A stretch of DNA of 64,000 bases, from the IMG/VR virus record IMGVR_UViG_3300047157_000171, one strand, 5' to 3'. This document shows, piece by piece, positions 28,164 to 37,383 of this stretch. The translations under genes and the position numbers were made by a program. The notes beneath the pieces were generated by a model, which saw only the letters and a list, made by a program, of their open reading frames with translations, did not search any database and was not told the origin of the DNA. Numbering within the stretch: the first letter of the stretch is position 1; every line of letters begins with the position of its first letter. This DNA comes from a virus.

Positions 28164-28595
28164 ATGAATATGGAAAGTTATAATATTAGAAAGGCGGTCT
28201 TCGAAGATTTAGAAGACATTTGTCGATTATTAAGCGAATCGTTTATTGAAACCAAAGAACCGATTAGGTATTGGTGGAGAATAATGGAGAACACATCGAT
28301 ACATACATATGTGGTTGAGAGTGAAGGATATATTGTGGGTACGGCTACATTACACGTATTAGAAAAACTAATCGGTGGAGGTTCATATGTTGGGCAAATT
28401 GAGGATGTTTGTATATCAAAATCACATAGTGGTAAAGGGTTAGGACAAATGTTAGTCAACCAATTAGTCGAAACCTCAAAAGAATTACGTTGTTATAAGG
28501 TTATTTTAAATTGTGATGAAAAATTGGTACCATTTTATGAGAAAAATGGGTTTTACCAGAAAGAGATACAAATGCGTTTGGATAATAAAAAATAA
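28164..28595 (+). CDS. Glucosamine-6-phosphate N-acetyltransferase (GNA1-like GNAT)
   Basis: IEDVCI...GKGLGQML...CYKVILNC...FYEKNGF. Confidence 0.75.
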   Translation: MNMESYNIRKAVFEDLEDICRLLSESFIETKEPIRYWWRIMENTSIHTYVVESEGYIVGTATLHVLEKLIGGGSYVGQIEDVCISKSHSGKGLGQMLVNQLVETSKELRCYKVILNCDEKLVPFYEKNGFYQKEIQMRLDNKK

Positions 28596-28608
28596 AGTCA
28601 TACATTTG
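28577..28608 (+). promoter_or_regulatory. Bacteroidota housekeeping-sigma promoter
   Basis: TTTG-N20-TACATTTG. Confidence 0.7.
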
Positions 28609-28632
28609 TGTTCTAATTAAAAAGACACTTAT

Positions 28633-28869
28633 ATGACGACAGTAACATTTAGCATTTGGGACGGTGGGAAACTAATCACTGAATATCCTTTAGACATTCA
28701 AGAAGAAAACATAGAGAAAACACATATTGACGCATCGTCAGTATGGGATGAGTATACCGTATTGGCAGAATGGGGTGACGGTAAAACTGCCACTATCATG
28801 CCGTTTACATACTCCAACTCACTTAATGGGGTGGTGTCTAATAATCAACCAATTGAAATCTTATTGTAG
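28633..28869 (+). CDS. Hypothetical protein
   Basis: 78-aa ORF downstream of a promoter. Confidence 0.55.
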   Translation: MTTVTFSIWDGGKLITEYPLDIQEENIEKTHIDASSVWDEYTVLAEWGDGKTATIMPFTYSNSLNGVVSNNQPIEILL

Positions 28870-28871
28870 TT

Positions 28872-29120
28872 ATGATTAATAGAAATGATATATATTTGTT
28901 ATTGGTTGTATTGATGGTTATTACAATCATGGGGGTTTCTTTAGGTATTATAACCTTATTGGTGTTTTTTGTATCAAATCTGTCGTTATTACTGTCTTTA
29001 ATAGTCGCGGCTTTTACACATGTTATTTTGTTTTATATGTTATATCGTAAAATCATTTCAGAGTTAAAGGAAATGGATGTTGAAGGATTAGATTTTGATG
29101 ATATGGAGGACTTAGGTTAA
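28872..29120 (+). CDS. Small two-TM membrane protein
   Basis: Long hydrophobic N-terminus, acidic tail. Confidence 0.55.
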   Translation: MINRNDIYLLLVVLMVITIMGVSLGIITLLVFFVSNLSLLLSLIVAAFTHVILFYMLYRKIISELKEMDVEGLDFDDMEDLG

Positions 29121-29127
29121 AAAAAAA

Positions 29128-29159
29128 TTTGTGAGGGTCAGATATTTAGCTTATCTTTG
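29128..29159 (+). promoter_or_regulatory. Bacteroidota housekeeping-sigma promoter
   Basis: TTTG-N20-TATCTTTG. Confidence 0.75.
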
Positions 29160-29180
29160 TAGTATCAAAATAAGGAAACT

Positions 29181-29729
29181 ATGACAAGACAAATAATCGA
29201 AAATACAACTGTGAACTATTGGGGTCAAACTCAGGATACTAAGAAAATCAAGGATGAGTTATTCTGTGATAGTAACACAATCGCTCAGAACGGAAGTTCA
29301 TTAGCGATGTCAGAAAAGAATGACTGTGTAGTACGTGCGTTTATGGTTGTTTTAGATTTGTCTTATGATAAGACTCACAAATGGGTTACAGATAACTTTA
29401 ACAGAGTTCACCGAAAAGGGACGTACACTAGTCGTTACTTAACTAATATCTTAGGTAAAAGAAAAAACTACAAAAAGATTAGTTTGTTCGGTGTGTCACC
29501 AGGTCGTAGATATTCTTTCGGTAAGAAAGAGTTGTACAATCCTAAGTACAAAGGGAAAAAGACTTGTTATACAGTTAAGTCTTTCATGGAAAACTATCCG
29601 AAGGGACGTTATTTCATCATCGTTAAAGGTCACGCATTGGCTTTGGTTGACGGAGTATTATATGGTAACGGTAGTGAGCAGTTTAACGGATTTCGTAGAA
29701 GAATCCACTATGTGGTAAAGGTAGGGTAA
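29181..29729 (+). CDS. Hypothetical phage protein (NDCVVRA motif)
   Basis: 182 aa; DCVVRAF and GHALALVDG motifs. Confidence 0.6.
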   Translation: MTRQIIENTTVNYWGQTQDTKKIKDELFCDSNTIAQNGSSLAMSEKNDCVVRAFMVVLDLSYDKTHKWVTDNFNRVHRKGTYTSRYLTNILGKRKNYKKISLFGVSPGRRYSFGKKELYNPKYKGKKTCYTVKSFMENYPKGRYFIIVKGHALALVDGVLYGNGSEQFNGFRRRIHYVVKVG

Positions 29730-29983
29730 TGGAAAAAGAATACGGATATGAAAATAACCAACATATAATGGACGTGGTCCTAGACGAACTTATGTTGGTG
29801 AGGACGATACAGGAAATTACGGATTTCGATAAAGCGGTTATGATGGTTTTCTTATCGATGTTTCCAACGGTAAATCCACAGGCAGATATCATTGAGAAAA
29901 TGTTTAAGGATTATTGTGAGGATTACACGGTTAGGGTGTGGTATGAAAGTTTATTTAAAATACCTATTGAAAAGATTGTGTAA
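29729..29983 (+). CDS. Hypothetical protein
   Basis: 84 aa, TAATG-coupled. Confidence 0.55.
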   Translation: MEKEYGYENNQHIMDVVLDELMLVRTIQEITDFDKAVMMVFLSMFPTVNPQADIIEKMFKDYCEDYTVRVWYESLFKIPIEKIV

Positions 29984-30006
29984 TACAAACATAAATGTTA
30001 TCTTTG
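29975..30006 (+). promoter_or_regulatory. Bacteroidota housekeeping-sigma promoter
   Basis: ATTG-N20-TATCTTTG; 19 bp identical to the promoter at 30627. Confidence 0.7.
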
Positions 30007-30049
30007 TACTATCAATAAGAAAGATATAAACCTAAAAAATCCGATTCAA

Positions 30050-30583
30050 ATGACAAACGCCAAAAACATCATCGTAAAAAAAGCAGAAGAATTAATCGAC
30101 TACTTAGTTCAGAAAGAAGAGTCTCGTTTCAACGACATCAAAGAAAGTTACGAACTTTTCTTAAAGGAAAATCCGTCAGTATATCAGTACGGTCCTTATG
30201 ACAGAAAGAAGTACTATAGTCTATCTAAGAATGGAGAATCTGACTATACAAACGTAAGGTATTTCTACCACAACAGAGGAGCGGTTAAACTACTTGAAGA
30301 GGTAAGAATGGCGACTGATACGAAAGGGATAGTTAAATACCTTGAAAACTACAGAGAACTAAACAAAGTTAAATTGGTTCGAGCGATTGAGAAGTACATC
30401 ACTGAAGACATGACTGTAAAAGGTGAGGTATACATCAACGAAGGTGTGAAAGGTGTTGAGGTGTCAGCGGAGGTTAACACAACTGAAGGGTTAAGAAACT
30501 TTAGAACCAACGCAATATTCGCAGGAGGATACATCCAAAGATATCACTACCGATACAGAGGAGGTCTTCACTTAGTGAAGTAA
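30050..30583 (+). CDS. Hypothetical protein
   Basis: 177 aa with its own promoter and terminator. Confidence 0.65.
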   Translation: MTNAKNIIVKKAEELIDYLVQKEESRFNDIKESYELFLKENPSVYQYGPYDRKKYYSLSKNGESDYTNVRYFYHNRGAVKLLEEVRMATDTKGIVKYLENYRELNKVKLVRAIEKYITEDMTVKGEVYINEGVKGVEVSAEVNTTEGLRNFRTNAIFAGGYIQRYHYRYRGGLHLVK

Positions 30584-30588
30584 GACCA

Positions 30589-30617
30589 AAGGGGGACGAA
30601 AGTCCCCCTTATTTTTT
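30589..30617 (+). terminator. Rho-independent terminator
   Basis: aagggggac-gaaa-gtccccctt followed by attttttg. Confidence 0.85.
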
Positions 30618-30626
30618 GAAATAATG

Positions 30627-30658
30627 GTTGTGTAATACAAACATAATGCTTATCTTTG
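30627..30658 (+). promoter_or_regulatory. Bacteroidota housekeeping-sigma promoter
   Basis: GTTG-N20-TATCTTTG. Confidence 0.7.
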
Positions 30659-30685
30659 AAGTGTTAAACAAAAAGAGATAGAATT

Positions 30686-30925
30686 ATGATTAAGAGAGGA
30701 CAATCGGATGGTACTAAGAACCCATATAAGAATGGTTTTTTACCAAAAATTGCATACCACATAGCGTCTAACAACCCTGAAAAGGTTTCATACTTCTTCA
30801 ATCGTCAGGCGGAGGTTTACGGTCCCATCACCGGTGAGAATATGGAATTCATCACTAAAGAGGTGAATAAGATACAACGTATTTGGGATATGGAAATGAA
30901 AGAATTTAATAGTCACTTAGGGTAA
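30686..30925 (+). CDS. Hypothetical protein
   Basis: 79 aa downstream of a promoter. Confidence 0.55.
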   Translation: MIKRGQSDGTKNPYKNGFLPKIAYHIASNNPEKVSYFFNRQAEVYGPITGENMEFITKEVNKIQRIWDMEMKEFNSHLG

Positions 30926-31667
30926 TGGAAGGATACGTATACATAGCAAGAATCATTGACCACGGAGGTAAATTCGTAAATGGGTACCATAAGATTGGTA
31001 CCATAAGATTGGTCTCTCAAAACAATATAAAGTCCGTGAGACACAGTTAAATTCCACACACTTACCTTTTGATGTTATGATGGTAAGAGTCTTTGAAACG
31101 GAAGATATGAACAAATTAGAGGGTATTCTTCACGTTTGTTTCGAGGACCATAGAGTTATCAAAGAGTACGATGACCGTAGGAATATCACAACAGAGTGGT
31201 TTGATGTTTCAGACATCGACACCTTTCATTCGAGATTGGATAAGATGGTGAACTATCTTTCAGTTAAGGAATTGGATTTAGGTCTTAGTATTGATAATGA
31301 CGAAACTCTAACGTATGAAGAAAAGGTTGAGGTTAAAAACAAAATAGGTAGAGCAAAGTCTACGAACCTTAAGGTTACCATTGGGGATAGAGTTATCACC
31401 AACAAAACGGCAAAAGAGACGTATGTGTCAGTTATCAATGAAATCACTAAAGGAGTTGATAGGTCAGTTATAGAATACAATTTCTCGTCTTTCTTTAAAA
31501 ACAGTGAGGAGGATTTTAGAGACTCACTTAGTGACCACAATAAGGTTATGATGGGTTGTGGGATGTTTATGTCCACATGGGGTTCTAATGTAACCAAAAT
31601 CAAACGAATTAATATGGTTTGTGAGAAGTTGGGAGTGGAAAATGTGAAGTGTGAAATTATCGATTAA
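30925..31667 (+). pseudogene. T5orf172/GIY-YIG-like protein frameshifted by a 14-bp tandem duplication
   Basis: ATG at 30925 gives MEGYVYIA...YHKIG; removing one ggtaccataagatt restores LSKQYKVRETQLNSTHLPF, in frame with the 31077 ORF (LH...EWF). Confidence 0.85.
30983..31013 (+). repeat. 14-bp perfect tandem duplication
   Basis: ggtaccataagatt x2 followed by ggt. Confidence 0.97.
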
Positions 31668-31682
31668 CTGAGAAAATAAAAG

Positions 31683-31712
31683 ACCCTCACTATTGAAAGT
31701 GGGGGTTTTTTC
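31683..31712 (+). terminator. Rho-independent terminator
   Basis: accctcact-attgaa-agtgggggt followed by a T run. Confidence 0.75.
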
Positions 31713-31739
31713 TGTTATATTTAAAACAAAATACGATTT

Positions 31740-34082
31740 ATGTTAGATAAAGATAAATTGGAAAATCCAAAGATAAAGATAGTGTGGGAAGACGTTGCTG
31801 AGTCATTTACTCAAGAACGAATCGCTCGTATTAAATCTTATTTTGCGAAGAAGTACAAATCAAAGAATGTTACGGTTGTGACCAAAGTAGTGGTATCCAA
31901 AAATGAAACAAAATTGGATTCCATTGATATGGCTGATAATATCTTAGACACACAATACCAAAAAGAGTTGGTAAAGGACTACATAAAGACTAATGAGATT
32001 AAAGTTGATTGGGATTTATTATCTAAGTTAGACGACCGTGTTAATAATGAAATTGATAAGTCACACCAGAACACAATACGTTTTAGACAATGGTATATTA
32101 AGAGATTAGAGTTTTCAAACTTCTTATCTTATGGTGAAGGTAACACAGTTCCGTTTGACGACTTAGGTGGTATAACCTGTATTGAATCTGACCCACCAAA
32201 CTTTGGTGGTAAAACTGTATTAGCGGTGGATTTATTAATGTTCTTATTCTTCAATAGAACAACAAAGACCAAAAAGAACGAAGAGATATTCAATCAATTT
32301 ACAACCAAAGATGAGGTTCATGTGAGGGGTGATGTTATGATTGATGGTGATGAATATGTTATTGTCAGAAACATTAAAAGAAAACCAAAAAGAGCTGGTG
32401 GGTTTACTGTAACGTCTTCATTGGAATTTATTAAGAAAATGAGTGACGGTTCATTAGTCAATCTTTCAGGAGAACAAAGAAGAGAAACGGAGGAGTTTAT
32501 TAAGTCGGCCATTGGTACTGAAGATGATTTCTTAACTACTATATTGACAACAGGTACAAATTTGGAGGAGTTAATCGATTCCAAACCTACCGCGTTGGGT
32601 CAGGTATTTACTAAGTTTATTGGTTTAGAATCGTTAAGAGAAAAAGAAGATGTGGCTAAAAAGATATTTTCAGAATGGAACAAATCGTTAATCTCAAACG
32701 TCTATAATTCTCAGGATTTAAAACAGACGATATTGGACTGTAAAGAGACCATCGAAGAGAATAAGGTTTTGATTGTTGATAAGACAAAACTATTGGGGAT
32801 TAAAGAAGGTGAGTTAAAAAACGCAATTGATAAGAAAGATTTGTTGATTGAGAAGAAACATTCTGACATCGATGAAGAATTGACTAAACTAAACCCTGAG
32901 AGATACTTAACAGAGATAAAGGAATTCGAGGATAAAGTTACGGTAACCAAACATTATTTTGAAGAAATTAAGGTGGCCGAACCATCTGAATATTATCACG
33001 GTGACGAGCATAAGGAAGTCAGAGATTCAATCAATGAGGGTAAAGTTAATCAGACAATAAGTGAGAGAGTAGTTAAAGAATTGGAAGAGATGATTACCCA
33101 ACTTAAAGAGGGGGAGATTTGTCCTACCTGTAAAAGGGCATTGGACGATGTTGACCATACTGACGAAATTAAACAAAAAGAGAAAGAACTTAAGAAAGAA
33201 AAGAAATCACTTAAGTCCGTTGAAAAAGAACTCATAAAACTAACCGATAAAGATGAGAAACAATCTGTTCTTAAGAAACAATTTGAGGATTATGACAGAG
33301 ACAAGTTACGAAAAGAGAAGTATCGTTTAGAGTTAATGACTAAAGAGTTGGAATTAAAGTCTATGACTGATACAATGGACAAATGGGAGTCTAACAAACA
33401 TAAGTTAGAGGAGAATATGGTTATTGAAAAGGACTTAATGTTGATTAAGACAAAGATTGACGGTTTAGCGGCTGAGGTTGATACGTTTAAGTACTTAATC
33501 CAAGACTATAACAACACTATTAAGATAAATGAGACCAAAATCACAGAATCTGAACAATTAATGGATAAAATTGTGAAAGAAGAGGACTATAAGAAGATAT
33601 TTGAGTCTTTCTTAGCGATATTTGGTAAGAATGGGATATCAAAGATGATTTTAAGGTCTATGATACCTGTTATCAACTCAGAATTGGCTCGTCTGTTGGA
33701 GGACAGTTGTAGATTTACATTAGATGTTAGAATATCTGAAAAGAATGAGATAATGTTCGTTATGATTGATGATGAAACAAGAGTGGAGAAACCTATGGGT
33801 TCTGGCTCAGGGTATGAACGTACAATTGCGTCTATGGCGTTAAGAGCGGTGTTATCAAAAGTGTCAGCATTACCAAAACCAAATGTTATTGTTATGGATG
33901 AGGTCTTTGGTAAAGTTGCTGATGAAAATTTAGAGATGGTTGGTGGATTTTTTAGGAAAATTAAAACATATTTTGAACATATATTTGTGATTACTCATAA
34001 CCCATTGGTTAAAAATTGGTCTGACCATGTAATTACTATAAACAAGGACGACAACGTCTCAAAAATTAAAAACATTATATAA
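31740..34082 (+). CDS. Rad50/SbcC-like ATPase with an N-terminal extension
   Basis: SNFLSYG, Walker A NFGGKT, Zn hook CPTC, signature GSGYE, Walker B IVMDE, ITH. Confidence 0.9.
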   Translation: MLDKDKLENPKIKIVWEDVAESFTQERIARIKSYFAKKYKSKNVTVVTKVVVSKNETKLDSIDMADNILDTQYQKELVKDYIKTNEIKVDWDLLSKLDDRVNNEIDKSHQNTIRFRQWYIKRLEFSNFLSYGEGNTVPFDDLGGITCIESDPPNFGGKTVLAVDLLMFLFFNRTTKTKKNEEIFNQFTTKDEVHVRGDVMIDGDEYVIVRNIKRKPKRAGGFTVTSSLEFIKKMSDGSLVNLSGEQRRETEEFIKSAIGTEDDFLTTILTTGTNLEELIDSKPTALGQVFTKFIGLESLREKEDVAKKIFSEWNKSLISNVYNSQDLKQTILDCKETIEENKVLIVDKTKLLGIKEGELKNAIDKKDLLIEKKHSDIDEELTKLNPERYLTEIKEFEDKVTVTKHYFEEIKVAEPSEYYHGDEHKEVRDSINEGKVNQTISERVVKELEEMITQLKEGEICPTCKRALDDVDHTDEIKQKEKELKKEKKSLKSVEKELIKLTDKDEKQSVLKKQFEDYDRDKLRKEKYRLELMTKELELKSMTDTMDKWESNKHKLEENMVIEKDLMLIKTKIDGLAAEVDTFKYLIQDYNNTIKINETKITESEQLMDKIVKEEDYKKIFESFLAIFGKNGISKMILRSMIPVINSELARLLEDSCRFTLDVRISEKNEIMFVMIDDETRVEKPMGSGSGYERTIASMALRAVLSKVSALPKPNVIVMDEVFGKVADENLEMVGGFFRKIKTYFEHIFVITHNPLVKNWSDHVITINKDDNVSKIKNII

Positions 34083-34083
34083 T

Positions 34084-34824
34084 ATGAAGATTGATAGAGT
34101 TTACGTCATCACAATGGATATGAGTGATGAATACAAAGATGAGTTATTTGAGAGAGTGTTAAATTTACCACTACCTTCAAATACACCTGTTGAGTTTAAA
34201 CAAGGATTTCCCGGTAAGGATTTATTGGAAAGACCTGAAGACTTTCCTGAGTATCGTTTATACCCACATTGGAACCTTAACAATCCAGAGGGTTGGTGGT
34301 GGTGGCAGAGACCAGCGTTATCAGGTGAAGCGGGTGGTATGATATCACATACAATGTGTTGGGAAGATGCGTATGAAAATGGGTATGAGAATATAATGAT
34401 TATTGAAGATGACTTTACAGTGGAAGAACCTATTGATTGGGGTATCTTTAATGAACTTGACGGTTATGAATGGGATTTATGTTTAATGGCTCACAATTCA
34501 TTACACGAACATTTTTCAGATATTATGAAACCTTTAAACATTGGTAGAGAACATTTTATTAGACCAACGTTCTTTTACAATACACATACCTATATACTTT
34601 CTTCGGGGGGGATTCAGAAATTGGTTGAGGACCATTTAGATGTGTTAAAACAAAATATTATTGTATCTGACGAATTTTTATCGGCGGTTACATCATCACA
34701 TCCGAGACCTGATTTGAGAGAGATGTACATAACTAATATGTCAGCGGTGGCGACAAAGGTTAATTATACAGGACAAACTCGAAGTGAAGGTTTGGGTAAT
34801 TCATTAACGGAGACTGAAAAGTGA
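34084..34824 (+). CDS. GT25 glycosyltransferase (COLGALT/LgtB-like)
   Basis: GEAGGMISH..CW, IIEDD, WDL, YNTHTYILS..G..KL, DEFL....SHP. Confidence 0.8.
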   Translation: MKIDRVYVITMDMSDEYKDELFERVLNLPLPSNTPVEFKQGFPGKDLLERPEDFPEYRLYPHWNLNNPEGWWWWQRPALSGEAGGMISHTMCWEDAYENGYENIMIIEDDFTVEEPIDWGIFNELDGYEWDLCLMAHNSLHEHFSDIMKPLNIGREHFIRPTFFYNTHTYILSSGGIQKLVEDHLDVLKQNIIVSDEFLSAVTSSHPRPDLREMYITNMSAVATKVNYTGQTRSEGLGNSLTETEK

Positions 34825-34838
34825 TATATTTATAAGAT

Positions 34839-35393
34839 ATGGGATTAGATATTAGTTATTACAAATTAGGGGAAAAAGTCGAGGTTGACGAAAACATAGA
34901 AACATGGTCACAAGAGTTCTATGATGAATATGGGCACGATATGATATGGTTATATAGTAATTATGAAATGGAACAGTCAGACGACCTTGATGGTTTTTAT
35001 AGAGCAGAAAGATTAGGTGGTTTTAGGGCTGGTTCGTATTCAGGGTATAGTAATTATAGAAATACTTTACGCAGATTATCTATTGTTGCGATGGCGGAAA
35101 ATAAAGAACTAGCTGAAAAATATAAAGATATTGTCCCATTTGACTTACAACTCAACTTCAGTGATTGTGAAGGGTTTATCGGACCGTTTTCAAGTATCAC
35201 CTTAAGAGACCAATATATAGATTTTCATGGACCAATTATTCAAGACATTATAAAGATGGCTAAATATGGGGTAAAGCCTGAGATATACAAAACAATTTCT
35301 AGAGAAGAGTTAGAGTATTTTGCTGATTTGTATATGGATTGGAAAAAAGCATTTGAAGAAACTTCTAACGTAGGTGTTGTATATTACGCCTAA
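34839..35393 (+). CDS. Hypothetical protein
   Basis: 184 aa; TATTTATA upstream. Confidence 0.6.
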   Translation: MGLDISYYKLGEKVEVDENIETWSQEFYDEYGHDMIWLYSNYEMEQSDDLDGFYRAERLGGFRAGSYSGYSNYRNTLRRLSIVAMAENKELAEKYKDIVPFDLQLNFSDCEGFIGPFSSITLRDQYIDFHGPIIQDIIKMAKYGVKPEIYKTISREELEYFADLYMDWKKAFEETSNVGVVYYA

Positions 35394-35407
35394 TTGTTAT
35401 ATATTTG
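35376..35407 (+). promoter_or_regulatory. Bacteroidota housekeeping-sigma promoter upstream of clpP
   Basis: GTTG-N20-TATATTTG. Confidence 0.6.
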
Positions 35408-35429
35408 TATCACACTAAAAAAATAATTT

Positions 35430-36104
35430 ATGGATTATAGAGATATTAACGACTTTGGTCGTTTTGCTAAAGATAAGGGGATTTCAGGAATGAATCTTCA
35501 CTACTTCAACCAAAAAGTAGAAAATTCAATGACACCTTACATTTTAGAGGAGAGAAGTCTTAACGTAACACAGATGGATGTGTTTTCAAGATTAATGATG
35601 GACAGAATCTTATGGGTTTCGGGACCTGTAAATGACCAAATGGCGTCTATTGTACAAGCACAATTACTATTCTTAGATAACATTGATGATAGAGATATTT
35701 CAATGTATATCGATTCACCAGGTGGTTCTGTTAAGGCGGGACTTTCAATGGTTGATGTTATGGACTATGTGAATAGTGATATCGCTACCGTTAATGCGGG
35801 AATGGCAGCATCGATGGGTTCTGTATTGTTAGGTGCAGGAACCAAAGGTAAAAGGTCTTCATTAAGATTCTCACAAACAATGTTACACCAATCATCAGGT
35901 GGTGCGGTCGGTAACATCCAAGACGCTGAGATTTCTATGATTGAATGGAGAAAAGTAAATCAACAGTTATTTGAACTATTAGGTGGTTACTGTGACAAAG
36001 ATGCTGAACAAGTTAAGAAAGATGCGACTCGTGATTTTTGGTTAAGTGCTGATGAGGCCAAAGAGTATGGAATTATTGATGAAGTGATTCGTAAACGAAG
36101 TTAA
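35430..36104 (+). CDS. clpP: ATP-dependent Clp protease proteolytic subunit
   Basis: DVFSRLMMDRI, YIDSPGGSV, AASMGS (Ser), MLHQ (His), RDFWLSADEAKEYGIID. Confidence 0.95.
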   Translation: MDYRDINDFGRFAKDKGISGMNLHYFNQKVENSMTPYILEERSLNVTQMDVFSRLMMDRILWVSGPVNDQMASIVQAQLLFLDNIDDRDISMYIDSPGGSVKAGLSMVDVMDYVNSDIATVNAGMAASMGSVLLGAGTKGKRSSLRFSQTMLHQSSGGAVGNIQDAEISMIEWRKVNQQLFELLGGYCDKDAEQVKKDATRDFWLSADEAKEYGIIDEVIRKRS

Positions 36105-36108
36105 AAGT

Positions 36109-36135
36109 AAAAAGGGACCTTAGGGTCCCTTTTTT
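36109..36135. terminator. Bidirectional terminator between convergent genes
   Basis: aaaaagggacc-ttag-ggtccctttttt. Confidence 0.9.
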
Positions 36136-36158
36136 AGTATATATGTATGGTTGATTGG

Positions 36159-36656
36159 TTAGTATAGTTTGTCTCTAAAGAATACTGATTCCTCATCGGA
36201 TAAGTAAGTCTCACCATTGGTTAGTCTCTTTCTTTCGAACTCTAAAATACCCATAGCGACTTTTTTGTCATATTCTTTATCGTCTGTCATAGGTATTAAT
36301 GCGTCGTAATATATAAGACCTGTAAAACGTCTTCTAGTCCCGTCGTTATATGAAAACAATTCATCTACATCATTCTCATCTAATTCTATTTGTCCAAACT
36401 CATTTTCTTTAAAATGGTTTACTTGGCTTAGTGGGTTTACTTCATCCTCATCTTCATCATCATCTTGTTCTGATAAGTTAGGGTTGTCGTAGTTTTTGAC
36501 CTTATGGTCTTCACCGTGAGCTAAGTCTTTTTGTTCTCCATTTGCGTAATCACTAAACGGTTCAGACTCAACATGGGTTTCATCAATTTCAGAGTTAGTC
36601 ATAGATTCAACTATACGTCTAAATTGTGATTCGTCTAATTTAATTTTTTTACTCAT
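36159..36656 (-). CDS. Acidic hypothetical protein
   Basis: 165 aa; minus-strand TATTTATA at 36689-36696. Confidence 0.65.
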   Translation of the reverse strand: MSKKIKLDESQFRRIVESMTNSEIDETHVESEPFSDYANGEQKDLAHGEDHKVKNYDNPNLSEQDDDEDEDEVNPLSQVNHFKENEFGQIELDENDVDELFSYNDGTRRRFTGLIYYDALIPMTDDKEYDKKVAMGILEFERKRLTNGETYLSDEESVFFRDKLY

Positions 36657-36746
36657 TATAAAATGTTTTTAAGAATATGATTCTACTATATAAATATAAG
36701 AAAACCAAAACAAAGTTAATTTTTACCTATATAAATGTAAATAATG

Positions 36747-36778
36747 TTTGGATATAAGTGAAATAATTTTTACTTTTG
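36747..36778 (+). promoter_or_regulatory. Bacteroidota housekeeping-sigma promoter upstream of the sigma operon
   Basis: TTTG-N20-TACTTTTG. Confidence 0.7.
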
Positions 36779-36798
36779 TCTACTTATAAAATACACAT

Positions 36799-37380
36799 AT
36801 GAATAAAAGAAATAAGTCATACCTACTTTTCCTTTATGGGGTTTGGATAGATGAGAAAGATATTATACGTGCGCTACAAGAGACACTAATCGTTGTAATT
36901 GACACGGGATATATGAAGTTTGTACACGGACCAGGTTCCGCTATTGTTTGTTTTAAATCGCAAGAAAGTTTTGAGGATTTGGCTGACTTCATACAAGATT
37001 CTTTACCAAACTACGTTACTAATCACATATTCATTCCAAAACCAAGAAAACTATCACATAGATTTCCTGATGATATGGACAAACACTTATTCGATGTTGA
37101 TACCAACACTAATGATTTAGTTGATAAGCAAAACGAAAAATATCAAACACCACCAGATATCCCTATGAATATGGAGGACTTCGATAATCCAATGTTCGAT
37201 GGGATTATAGGTAAAATAGATGAGATGTTTGAAGATTTTGTAACAGACGTAAAGAAAATTACTAATAAATCAAATAATTTTAATATTGATGATATATTAG
37301 ATAAGATAACAGAAAATGGCGTATCTTCGCTAACCAAAGAGGAGAAAGATTTTTTAGATAAACAAAACAACCAAAAATAA
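36799..37380 (+). CDS. Hypothetical protein with a C-terminal DUF6576-like motif
   Basis: IDDILDKITENGVSSLTKEEKDFL. Confidence 0.6.
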   Translation: MNKRNKSYLLFLYGVWIDEKDIIRALQETLIVVIDTGYMKFVHGPGSAIVCFKSQESFEDLADFIQDSLPNYVTNHIFIPKPRKLSHRFPDDMDKHLFDVDTNTNDLVDKQNEKYQTPPDIPMNMEDFDNPMFDGIIGKIDEMFEDFVTDVKKITNKSNNFNIDDILDKITENGVSSLTKEEKDFLDKQNNQK

Positions 37381-37383
37381 TAT

